Shown: positions 10,444 through 20,550, counted from the stretch's first letter. The stretch is DNA of 64,000 nucleotides from Nitrosopumilus sp. (GCA_963667665.2 OY763927.2:1088001-1152000); one strand, 5' to 3'. Notes: a model not told the origin generated them from the letters alone. Made by a program: numbers and translations.

Positions 10444-10599
10444 ATGTTAGATTTAGACTATGAAAAGGTCTCAAGTGGCGGTAAACCATATGACCAATTC
10501 TTAGGGGGGATAAAAAGTCAAAAAACCAAAAGAAATTACTGCAAAAACATCCAGCGATTCTTAGATGAAATACCAGATTCCATATATCTCAAAGTTTAA
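10444..10599 (+). pseudogene. Truncated N-terminus of a probable tyrosine integrase
   Basis: MLDLDYEKVSSGGKPYDQFLGGIKSQKTKRNYCKNIQRFL resembles the integrase SAM-like F...IKS..T...Y...L..FL start; lies 43 bp from attL; ends where a convergent gene fragment begins. Confidence 0.6.
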
Positions 10600-10995
10600 C
10601 ACATCCCCAACATCAAAACCCCGTGAAATAGTGAATTCATTATACTGAGTAGTCATAGAATGAGGATTATAATGATTATAAGCATAATAAACACGTTCAG
10701 TAGGAATACAAACATCCCCTGTACCATCACCATCTAAATCTTGTAACCCACCTTGAGTAACACCTAATTCAATCCATTCACCATTTCCTAAAATTATCCA
10801 TTGCGTAGCTACAGCAACATTAGTCAAACAGTCATCAGATTTGATAAACATGTCAGGAACATGAAGTTGGTATTTTATACCATCAAAAATAGGTGTAGCA
10901 CTTAATTGATTAACTTGAGCATAACAATGGGGTGATATACAAGGAGAAGTATCAGCAAAGTTCAATCCAATAAACGATACAAAAACAATCATCAA
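10561..10995 (-). pseudogene. Secreted Cys-containing protein, 3'-truncated (possible neprosin/G1-peptidase-like WIExG motif)
   Basis: Hydrophobic N-terminus; HCY and QWIILGNGEWIELGVTQG; its C-terminus runs into the integrase fragment. Confidence 0.5.
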
Positions 10996-11014
10996 AGAAA
11001 AAATAAGGAAGATT

Positions 11015-11942
11015 TTATTCAGGAATTACAACTCCTTGAATAGAATTAGCAATTTTTACACCTTCATCATAATCCAAGTCTCCATTATATCGAAAAGACA
11101 CATAATATTCTTCAAAAGGTATTTCTACATAAAATCCAGGAAATTCATTATTAGGTTTTTTTATTCCAAAATAACCATTGGTTTGATTTACAATTAGTTC
11201 AGAAATTTCAGCATCAGTGTATCCAAAGGATTGGCTCGTAAGATGTCTTTTTCTATTTTCAAATGAATCAGATATAGAGTCTGTTTTTGGGTATACACTA
11301 TACAGTATGCCAGTAGCGTCCATAACATTGCTTTCAGTAGTTGCATCAGTATAGGTAAATGAATCAGGTACAAACTGCATAATTAATCCATGTTTAATTT
11401 CACTGTCATAATTATGCCAGTCATGAAGAGAATAACCCAATTTATAACCTTGTGGGATATAATCAGGAATCCAATCAGTTGTAATAAATTCATAAGTAGT
11501 AGATTGTCTAGCGGTTTGTTTTGAAATTTGTTTTGCTGTTTGTAATTCTTGTAAAGTCTGTGTAGTTTCTTCATAAGGTTCTGTATAATTTCTATTAAGT
11601 AATGGGAGTTCTACTGGTCCACGTTGTAATGGTTGGGTCACATTCATATTTGAAATTTCTTTTAATTCCTCTGATATAATTAATGAAAATCCTCTATCAA
11701 GAAGTTTTTCAACAGAGTTTTCATTTACACAAGCTGGGGTATTTCTTGCAGACTCTAACAGTATTTTAGAATCACTGCACAATATTTGGTTTATTGGTAT
11801 TCCTTGCTGGTATTGCTTGTATGGAGATATAGTAATTTTTCACTTTCACCAAAAGCTGAAAAATCATTTACTGCAAGTAGAGATAATACAGCTAATGCCA
11901 CCAATGTAATTGCTGAAAATATTTTTGATATTAGAAATTCAT
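11015..11942 (-). pseudogene. Secreted protein with signal peptide and SPYKQ..C..PACV..KL..RG module; two -1 frameshifts near the 5' end
   Basis: ATG at 11942; adding one base at 11935-11937 and one at 11836-11840 (T5 here, T6 in the paralogous copy) restores the frame into track ORF 11015..11782. Confidence 0.7.
11687..11928. repeat. Copy 1 of a ~242-bp direct repeat (signal peptide plus disulfide-module cassette)
   Basis: Matches 15268-15510 apart from one substitution and one homopolymer indel. Confidence 0.92.
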
Positions 11943-11991
11943 AGTATATAAGAGAATAAAAGATCGATCCTTTTGACGATGATCGCTAATA

Positions 11992-12474
11992 TTACCAAAA
12001 GTCACAATACTTTTTTTGGAACTCTGGGAAACTAACTATTTGAACTGCATTACACTCAGGTATTTCTAATCTTTCACATATATAGTCATTATTTCTTTGA
12101 AGCTCTTTTTCTCGCATCTCATACAATCCTATACAGTCAAGCATCGTTTGAATGTCAGATGTATTATTTAGAGAAAATATACGAGCACTTGAATAACAAG
12201 GCCAAGGGTCATCTCCCGTATCCAGATTACCGTTGAGAAAATTACTCTTGGCAATATCTGCATCACCTAGACATCTTTCATGAGGAAATAAACTCGTAGC
12301 TGGCCAAGTTAGATTATCAACGGAATAAAGGTAATTACTAAACGATATTCAATTAGTTTCACAGATTTGTACTCCATTAAAAAATAAACAGTTATGAGGA
12401 TAAAATAATACTATACATAAAATTACAACGAGAGTTAAAAGTGATAGTAAAATAATTTTTTTATTTACAAGCAT
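11992..12474 (-). pseudogene. Membrane-anchored Cys-rich protein with an in-frame TGA
   Basis: MLVNKKIILLSLLTLVVILCIVLFYPHNC...; 161 codons with one internal stop at 12349-12351. Confidence 0.6.
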
Positions 12475-12478
12475 TGTT

Positions 12479-12871
12479 TTATTTTCTGACTATACTATAA
12501 TCAAAATTCGCAAAGACAATACTCATATCCTCATTAAACTTTTCATATCACTCATCAGTAATTTCTCCAATCTCAAACATAACCTCCGGTCTTTCATCTC
12601 CAGATAGTATGCCATATGATTCCAAGCTAACACCACTAAATGCAACTTGTAATTCATAGTATTCAATTGGCCTATTCTCCATTATACCATCAAGATGGTT
12701 TCTTATTGTCTGTAGGTTTTGTTCTGAATCATCCTGAGAATAAGCAGTTAATGTTGCAGGAGCATCGACATAGAAAGTCTCAGTTTATTCTGGGATTAAA
12801 AATGATATAATAGTTCCTGCAATTATCCCAGCAACAAGTATGAGAGTAATTTTCTTTACTGGAACTGCCAA
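12479..12871 (-). pseudogene. Membrane-anchored acidic protein with two in-frame stops
   Basis: TTG start, MAVPVKKITLILVAGIIAGTIISFLIPE*...; stops at 12785-12787 (TAA) and 12548-12550 (TGA). Confidence 0.55.
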
Positions 12872-13195
12872 TGATTAATGAAAATCATACTATAATATAA
12901 AATTAGAGATATTGATGATGATCGCTGTTTTTATTGTAATGTCAGTCATATTTATTATTAGAAGTTAAAAAATGATTAATTAGTATTTTTGAATGCATTT
13001 CTCATAATCTTCCAAATTACAACTGCTAATACTGCAGTATTTACTGTAAAGAAAATCAATATTGTAGGGTTTTGTATGACGTGGGATATTCCCCACATCT
13101 GAGAATCTATACTCAATTGTGCTGCAAAAACTATAGATCCATATGCTAATAGTATGATTCCGCAGAATCCTAGTAATAGTCTAAAATAAAAAAAA

Positions 13196-13537
13196 TTATT
13201 GTCCCCCAGAAGGATTTACAAAGTTTGAACAACTACATATCAAACATTTCAATGCTTCATGTTCTGCCCTGGAATGGCCACACTTGCATATTTTCAACCT
13301 ACGCCTTTCTTCCATAATTGCATTTCTTCTAGTCATTACTTCATCATATGTCATTCCTAAATGCTTCCAAGTCCGTATTTCTAATATAGGGATGTTACTA
13401 CATAAGATGTTTAATATTTGTACACATACACGTTCGTTGTCAGTTTGTGGTTTATCTAGTAATTTTTTCATGTGTAATAACATGCCATGCTCACGTTTAA
13501 TTGTAATAATTAATTTTTCTTTATCAGTTAAATACAT
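13196..13537 (-). CDS. Hypothetical protein with a C-terminal CxCGHxxxxH...CxxCxC zinc-binding motif
   Basis: ICKCGHSRAEHEALKCLICSCSNF. Confidence 0.6.
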   Translation of the reverse strand: MYLTDKEKLIITIKREHGMLLHMKKLLDKPQTDNERVCVQILNILCSNIPILEIRTWKHLGMTYDEVMTRRNAIMEERRRLKICKCGHSRAEHEALKCLICSCSNFVNPSGGQ

Positions 13538-13575
13538 GATTTAATAATTTTATAAAAAAATAAAAAGGTTTTAGG

Positions 13576-14318
13576 CTATGCAACCCTATGTAAGCCGCGC
13601 CAATCATCATTGCCTGATGTATCTTCACTTGAATTTGATTCGTAGTTTGTATCTACTCTCCAACTTAGTAGATCACCATCATCTAGACCACAATTGCAAG
13701 TTTGTGTAATATCACCTGATGCATAATTGTTATCTTGTACAATTGTACAAGATTCTCTTTCAGTGATATTCCTCACATTCATAGTTATCAATTCAAAAGA
13801 TACGGTATTACAAAATGGATGAAACCACCCTACACTTTTTTCATCAGCTACATCCCATTGCCAAGAAATTATATCTATGTTTGTGTCAATAGTTCCTCTA
13901 ACAGTACTAGTTGTAGAAGAATCCCAATTAGAGCAGGCTGTATGGTCATCTGTTATGCGGATTGTATTGCCTTCTGTGATTGCTCTTGCAGAGGATGTAT
14001 CACTAGGTGAGTATGATTCCTCTTGTGCTACTAACCTACCAACCATAGATTCTATAGCATCCATTGTGCGTTCAGTTGTAGTTATTTTTCCTTGTATTGT
14101 GGTTTTTTCATCTTCTGATTCTGTATTTCGCAGGTCTTGTTTTAACTGCTGACGTTTGGCTTCAAGTGAATTGAATCTATCTATTAGTTCATCGATTCTA
14201 TCACTTATGTTATATCCTGCTGATTTTTCTGCATCTGCAAATTGATGCTACTAAATGGAAGTATCATAGCTGCAATCAAAGATGCAAATAGAATCGTTTT
14301 GAAGTTATTATTTCTCAT
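13576..14318 (-). pseudogene. Secreted protein with a KTILFASLIAAMILPFS signal peptide and coiled coil; -1 frameshift
   Basis: ATG at 14318; one extra base at 14239-14241 gives ...SINFADAEK... in frame with track ORF 13576..14064. Confidence 0.7.
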
Positions 14319-14834
14319 TAGATCCTACACATATAATTATGATAAAAGCATGACGATCAGAATTATAATTGTTAAGTATTGTTGAGATATGGTTTGTGTA
14401 TATTTAGTAGATTATTTGATTTATGTTAGATTTTTCTCAATCTCATATGTTGTATTTGGAAAGCATTATGATGGAGTAGGAATATAACCATTAAAACTAA
14501 TAACTGAGAAAAACAATACTAAAACAATGGATCAATATGAAAACTTTACAGATACAGTTTGATGAATCTGTCAAATATTCAAATTTAATCAAAGGAGTCA
14601 GTCTATTTTGAAAATTAATCAAAAACATTCCAGTTATCATAGATATCAAGTGTGGGTGTTCATTCCATTATCCGCATAATGTCCTTCAAGGGTCGTTGTG
14701 TCTTGGTATCTATGGTAGCACATTTTTAGAATGATTAATTTTTAAAAATTGCAACTATTAATTAAAAACATAGATGAATTAAATCCATTTGAATTAACGT
14801 TTGGATTAAAATATAATTTTTGTAATGTTATAAT

Positions 14835-15164
14835 ATGAAAAAATGTCCCAGATGTGATACAATATCAGGTGCTCTCTCTGATGTTGTAAGAATGATGTAT
14901 TATCCTGCAAGAGAAGAAGATGATGAATACTGTATGAAATGTGGTGGTGAATTGTTAGATAATATTCCTAATATTTGCACAAACTGTAATGAGCCAAGAC
15001 GTCTGGCAAATACAATAGTAAACCCAACATTAGTGGAGAATGACTATGTCAGATATTGTCATGTGTGCGGGAATGATGATACCAGGATAAAGTGTAAGGA
15101 ATTGAAAATGTTTCACCTACAGATAGAGAGGTTGGGATATCTATTGTGTATAATGCAGGTATGA
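14835..15164 (+). CDS. Double zinc-ribbon protein, C-terminus probably truncated or chimeric
   Basis: Four CxxC motifs; overlaps a convergent gene fragment after about 15080. Confidence 0.55.
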   Translation: MKKCPRCDTISGALSDVVRMMYYPAREEDDEYCMKCGGELLDNIPNICTNCNEPRRLANTIVNPTLVENDYVRYCHVCGNDDTRIKCKELKMFHLQIERLGYLLCIMQV

Positions 15165-15510
15165 ATTTTGAAGTACCATGTCCTTTGGATTCTATTCCAC
15201 CCCCAGAATAAACATACTTTTCAGAATTCATCTCAAAACTAACAGGTGATGTTGTTGTAACCATAACAAATCCTCTATCAAGAAGTTTTTCAACAGAGTT
15301 TTCATTTACACAAGCTGGGGTATTTCTTGCAGACTCTAATAGTATTTTAGAATCACTGCACAATATTTGGTTTATTGGTATTCCTTGCTGGTATTGCTTG
15401 TATGGAGATATAGTAATTTTTTCACTTTCACCAAAAGCTGAAAAATCATTTACTGCAAGTAGAGATAATACAGCTAATGCCACCAATGTAATTGCTGAAA
15501 ATATTTTTGA
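15049..15510 (-). pseudogene. Secreted-protein fragment (cassette copy 2 with a different C-terminal domain), truncated at both ends
   Basis: SKIFSAITLVALAVLSLLAV...PACVNENSVEKLLDRGF then an unrelated YTIDIPTSLSVGETFSIPYTLSW; no own start, fused in frame to the upstream fragment. Confidence 0.6.
15268..15510. repeat. Copy 2 of the ~242-bp direct repeat
   Basis: Matches 11687-11928. Confidence 0.92.
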
Positions 15511-16393
15511 ATGGTTATTCAAATTAATAAAATACCAATTAAAGATAGATATGTTCATTTTTTTGCTGTTTGGAAGTGATAATTTTTTATGAGATATATT
15601 TCCTATTCCCAAAGTTTCATAAAATTTGTCTTTTTCAGTACAGTTTATGGTAAATGCCTTATCATCATATGAGCAAAAAAACACACCTGTTGTTGGTTTT
15701 TTTGGATAATATTCGATATTATTTCCAAAGGCATCTAGCTTGTTCAATGATTGTTTTTTGATTTCCTGAGAGGCAAAAGTAATAGGATCATCACTTGGTA
15801 AAATGTATAACGAAAAACCAGTTTTGATTTTAGGAAATTCTGGATTTTTTTCTTTAATGTAATCAAAAAACTTGATTACAATTTTTCAAATAATGTTGAT
15901 TTTAGTTTATTGCCTTCAAGTATTTTATGTTTACAATAAACATCATACAATGGTTCATTATTCATAAAATATCTTTGAGAAGCAATTTTAAAATTAATAT
16001 CAAAGGCATTGATTTCTTGCTCAAAATCAGGGATGCTTAATCTTGCAAAATAACCCTTTTTTTATCACCTAACGTGATTTCTCCAACAATACTGTCTTTC
16101 TTTTTGAATGCCTTTATGTATCCTGGAATTACTACATATGGTTTTGGTGAGTTTGATGCAACTTTTTTGTTTGGTAGATTCAAAGATGCCTCTATATCAA
16201 GTGGCATATTAAACTGCTTTACCATCAGACTCCCAACTGTAGATGATGGGAGTGTTTTTACTCCATATTGTTCAATGGTTTTATCATCAATTATAATGGC
16301 GTTGTTTTTTACAAATATTTTTTTAATTGGTATACCATTTCCAGGCTCCAAACCTGTGTTGTTATTTTCCTGAAATATTGTATGCACTAACAT
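15511..16393 (-). pseudogene. Frameshifted, 3'-truncated cytoplasmic protein of about 295 aa (possible Cas8b-like)
   Basis: Track ORF 16037..16393 and the 5' part of 15049..15747 join into one frame if one base is added at T7 16057-16063 and one at T5 15882-15886. Confidence 0.55.
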
Positions 16394-16397
16394 ATAA

Positions 16398-19300
16398 AAA
16401 ATTGATACTGTAAAGATTGGTTCATCATATTATGCTATAGTTGCATCTGTTGAGGATCACGGTGTTCAGATAATGAATATTACAAACCCTGCAAATGTTA
16501 TTCCAACTGATTCTGTGAGAGATGGAGAAGAAGGATTTGATGTTCTAGCTAGGACTGATTATGTTACTACAGTAAAGATAGATTCTAAAACATATGCACT
16601 TGCATCATCTAGTTTTGATAATGGCATTCAGATAATGAACATTACAGATCCTGCAAATATTACCCCAGTTAATTCTGTAAAGGATGGAGAAAATGGTTTT
16701 GATACACTTAATGGAGCTCGAGGTATTGCCACTGTAAAAATAGATTCTAAAACTTTTGCTTTGGTTGCATCTAGTTTTGATAATGGAGTTCAGGTTATGG
16801 ATATTACAGACCCTGCAAATGTTATTCCAACTGATTCTGTGAGAGATGGAAGAGAAGGATTTGATACACTAGATGGTGCCTATGATATCACTACTACTGT
16901 TATAGGTACTCAGACTTTGGCTCTAGTTACATCTTTAGATGATCACGGAGTTCAGATAATGAACATTACAGATCCTGCAAATGTTACTCCTGTTTATTCC
17001 ATAAAGGATGGGGAAAACGGTTTTGATGTTCTTAAGGATGCAAGGGATATTACTGTAGTAGTAATTGATTCTAAAACTTTTGCTCTTGTTACATCTGCTG
17101 GAGATGACGGTGTTCAGATTATTAGTGTTGTAGAGCCTAGGCATTATACTTTAGAAATATCAGAGAGTATTGGAATATTAGATTCAGTAAATACCAAAGC
17201 AGACAGAGTTCTTTTTCTCTCTGATAGTTTAGGAATTGCAGATTCAGTACAAGTTACAAAGATAGAAGCTGTTCTAGAACCAAAATATTATGAATTAGAG
17301 TTATCTGATAGTGTTGCATTTTCTGATTCAGTTGATGTAAGAAAAATATCATTTATGCCAGAACCCAAACTACACAGTTTAGAGTTATCTGATAGTTTAA
17401 TAATATCAGACTCTGTGGATATAATAAAAATTGCAAAACCCAAAGTTTTTGAAATTAGTTTAACTGACGTATTATCCATATCAGATGATGTAACAATATC
17501 CAAAATAGATTCGCCCCCCCCCCCGTCTATAGCTTATACTATAACATTAAGTGACTCTATAACAATAGATGATAGTGTAGTTGTGTTTTTTGATTCATCT
17601 CCACAGTTTTTCAGTATACAATTATCAGATAATTTAGGAATATCTGACTCTGTTGATGTTACAGTAAACAAATCAATAACATTGTCTGATAGTATCACAA
17701 TTTCAGATTCTGTTAAAGTGGTAAAGATAAAAGCTGTTAAAGAACCAAAGCACTATGAATTAGAATTAACTGATATCTTAGAGATAGTAGACTCTGTAAA
17801 ACATAGTTTGAATAGAAACATTACATTAACTGAGGACATTATAATTGATGATTCAATTGATGTTACAAAGATAGAAGCTGTTCTAGAACCAAAACATTAT
17901 GAATTAGTGTTATCTGATAGTTTAGAAATATTAGATTCAATTGATGTTACAAAGATAGAAGCTGTTCTAGAACCAAAACATTATGAATTAGAGTTATCTG
18001 ATAGTTTAGGAATATTAGATTCTGTTAAAATAACAAAGATAGAGATTGTGCCAGAACCTAAAAATTATGAATTAGTGTTAGTTGATAGTTTAGAGGTCGC
18101 TGACTTTGTTGAAATAATAAAGAAAGAAGATGTTAGGGAATCTAAAAATTATGAATTAGAGTTAACTGATAGCTTAGAAATATTGGATTCTGCTGATGTA
18201 ACAGTAAATAGATCAATAACACTCTCTGATAGTATTATAATTACTGATTCTGTAAAAATAACAAAGATAGAATTCATTGCAGAACCTAAGAATTATGATG
18301 TAATGTTAGCTGATAGTCTAAGTATTACAGGCATTGTTGAAGTAGCAAAAGTAGAGTTTGTACCAGGACCTAAGAATTATGATGTAATATTATCTGATGG
18401 TTTAGCAATTACTGACTCTGTAGAAATAATAAAGAAAAAGCTTGTACCAGAACGTAAAACATACAGTCTAGAATTATCTGATAGTTTAGAAATAGCTGAC
18501 TCTGTAGAAATAATAAAGAAAGAGCTTGTACCAGAACGTAAAACATACAGTCTAGAATTATCTGATAGTTTAGAAATATCTGATTCTGTTAGTGTAACAA
18601 AGTTGGAGTTTGTACCAGATCCTAAAAATTATAATTTACAGCTAGTTGATAGTTTAGAAATTAATGATTCAGTTAAAGTGGTAAAGATAGAAGCTATACC
18701 AGAACCAAAAATATACAGTCTAGAGTTATCAGATAGTATTGGAATTAATGATTCAGTTAAAGTTACCACGATAAAAGCTATTCCAGAACCTAAAATATAC
18801 AGTCTGTTACTAATAGAGAATTTAGAAATATCTGACTCTGTAGAAATAATAAAGATAGAAGCTGTTCTAGAACCAAAACATTATGAATTAGAAATAGTTG
18901 AGGAAATAGGAATTATTGACTCTATTAATGTAATAAAAATAGAAGCTATATCAGAGCCTAAAAGTTACAAAATAAAATTAACTGATAAATTAGAGGTATC
19001 AGATTCTGTTGAAAAAACACAGATACAGTTTGTGACAGAACCTGAAATGTACAAGCTAGAGTTAGTTGATAGCTTAGAAATACAGGATAATCTTGAGGTA
19101 ACAAAAATAGATGCGATGCAAGAACCTGAAATGTACAATTTAGAACTATCAGATAGTCTAACAATATCAGATGTTATAGATGCAGTAAAAAAAGAGGCAA
19201 TATTAGAGCCTAAAAATTATGAATTAGTGTTAGATGATAGTTTAGGAATTAATGATTCAATAGATATGACAAAGATAGATACAGTTCCAAAGCCAAAGTA

Positions 19301-20261
19301 TTATGATCTAGAGTTAGTTGATAGTATCATAATTTCAGATTCTGTTAAAACTGTAAAAGTAGAATCAGTTACAGCTCCAACATCAGAACCTAGAAAATAT
19401 GATGTAATATTATCTGATGGTTTAGGAATTGTTGATTCTGTAAAGGTAACAAAAATAGAATCTGTATCAGAACCAAAGAGTTACAAAATAAAATTAACTG
19501 ATAGTTTAGGTGTTATTGATTCAATAGATGTAACAAAAATAGAATCCGCAATAACATCAACTCCAGCCCCAATACCAACTCCAGCTCCAATACAAACGCC
19601 AGCTCCAATACCATCTCCAACACAACCAATAATTACAGATAATACAGCACCATCAAAAACACCATCCATTACTCCTAAAACATCAGGCTCTCAAGGTGGC
19701 TCACCCTCATCAAGCTCTGGTGGTGGATTTACAATATCAAGTAATATGATAGTCTGGGATCACTGTAATGATGCAGAAAACTACACCATACTAATTGCAT
19801 CAACATATGGAGACAACCTATACTCTCAGATTAAAAGTTCTGAATCAAGCTATAATGGAATAAATGTAACTGCAGAGACTGATTTTAAAAAGTACATTTC
19901 AAATACAAGAATTCCAATTAACTTTTATGCATTTTCATTTGATGGAATAGACCAGTCAGATATATATGAAATTACCATCTATGATAAAAGTAAAAAGTTT
20001 GTCTCAAGTAAGGTATCCTTTGAGAACTGCTCAGGAAGTGTAATAATCTTTGAGCCAAAAGGAATTGTATTAAATAACTTTGAACCAAATATTTTAGATG
20101 AGAAAGTAATTCCAGGCAAAGTATCCTATGATGATATTATTTCTCTATGTGATGCAAAAGAAGACAAATCAATTATAACCAAGGCCTCAACAGAGAAGCT
20201 TTATTGTGTATATAATTCCAGTGTTGAGAAACTAATGTATAGAGGATGGGCAACCCAATAA
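16398..20261 (+). CDS. Large surface protein (5'-truncated): LVIVD-like propeller repeats, about 30 Asp/Ser-rich 20/28-aa repeats, Pro-rich linker, C-terminal C..CV..KL..RGW module
   Basis: Frame is open from 16398 mid-repeat (first ATG 16473) and has no signal peptide; GVQIMNITDPAN repeats; 84-bp tandem units (e.g. 17850 and 17934). Confidence 0.8.
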   Translation, partial: KIDTVKIGSSYYAIVASVEDHGVQIMNITNPANVIPTDSVRDGEEGFDVLARTDYVTTVKIDSKTYALASSSFDNGIQIMNITDPANITPVNSVKDGENGFDTLNGARGIATVKIDSKTFALVASSFDNGVQVMDITDPANVIPTDSVRDGREGFDTLDGAYDITTTVIGTQTLALVTSLDDHGVQIMNITDPANVTPVYSIKDGENGFDVLKDARDITVVVIDSKTFALVTSAGDDGVQIISVVEPRHYTLEISESIGILDSVNTKADRVLFLSDSLGIADSVQVTKIEAVLEPKYYELELSDSVAFSDSVDVRKISFMPEPKLHSLELSDSLIISDSVDIIKIAKPKVFEISLTDVLSISDDVTISKIDSPPPPSIAYTITLSDSITIDDSVVVFFDSSPQFFSIQLSDNLGISDSVDVTVNKSITLSDSITISDSVKVVKIKAVKEPKHYELELTDILEIVDSVKHSLNRNITLTEDIIIDDSIDVTKIEAVLEPKHYELVLSDSLEILDSIDVTKIEAVLEPKHYELELSDSLGILDSVKITKIEIVPEPKNYELVLVDSLEVADFVEIIKKEDVRESKNYELELTDSLEILDSADVTVNRSITLSDSIIITDSVKITKIEFIAEPKNYDVMLADSLSITGIVEVAKVEFVPGPKNYDVILSDGLAITDSVEIIKKKLVPERKTYSLELSDSLEIADSVEIIKKELVPERKTYSLELSDSLEISDSVSVTKLEFVPDPKNYNLQLVDSLEINDSVKVVKIEAIPEPKIYSLELSDSIGINDSVKVTTIKAIPEPKIYSLLLIENLEISDSVEIIKIEAVLEPKHYELEIVEEIGIIDSINVIKIEAISEPKSYKIKLTDKLEVSDSVEKTQIQFVTEPEMYKLELVDSLEIQDNLEVTKIDAMQEPEMYNLELSDSLTISDVIDAVKKEAILEPKNYELVLDDSLGINDSIDMTKIDTVPKPKYYDLELVDSIIISDSVKTVKVESVTAPTSEPRKYDVILSDGLGIVDSVKVTKIESVSEPKSYKIKLTDSLGVIDSIDVTKIESAITSTPAPIPTPAPIQTPAPIPSPTQPIITDNTAPSKTPSITPKTSGSQGGSPSSSSGGGFTISSNMIVWDHCNDAENYTILIASTYGDNLYSQIKSSESSYNGINVTAETDFKKYISNTRIPINFYAFSFDGIDQSDIYEITIYDKSKKFVSSKVSFENCSGSVIIFEPKGIVLNNFEPNILDEKVIPGKVSYDDIISLCDAKEDKSIITKASTEKLYCVYNSSVEKLMYRGWATQ
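17514..17524 (+). repeat. C11 homopolymer inside the surface-protein gene
   Basis: tcgCCCCCCCCCCCgtc, encoding SPPPP. Confidence 0.9.
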
Positions 20262-20292
20262 TTATTATACCAATTTGTAGGCATTATCCTCA

Positions 20293-20550
20293 ATGAAACT
20301 TTTTCTGCTTTCTCATAACTCAGAGTTGGAGTTTTTGGCATTACAAGAATTTATTAAAAATAAAAAATTAGATTATGAAATAATACGAACATCTTTTGAT
20401 AAAATACAGGCAAATGATTTAGTTGCCAATTTTCAATACCAGTCATGCTATGAAAAAAGACCTATCGGGTTTACAATTGACAGAGTCGTGCAAAAACATA
20501 CAAGTACTTTAACGCTAGATTTTCCACCTTTACATCATTATAATTTGTGA
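20293..20550 (+). CDS. Hypothetical protein or gene fragment
   Basis: 85-aa ORF directly after the surface-protein gene. Confidence 0.4.
   Translation: MKLFLLSHNSELEFLALQEFIKNKKLDYEIIRTSFDKIQANDLVANFQYQSCYEKRPIGFTIDRVVQKHTSTLTLDFPPLHHYNL

Noticed and set aside
11687-15510. Repeat pair as a diversity-generating retroelement TR/VR
   Set aside because: Only one substitution and one indel, the repeat is at the 5' end of the genes, and there is no reverse transcriptase in the window
17140-19560. Periodic DNA as a CRISPR array
   Set aside because: Units are degenerate, in frame (84/60 bp) and protein-coding; there are no identical repeats with unique spacers
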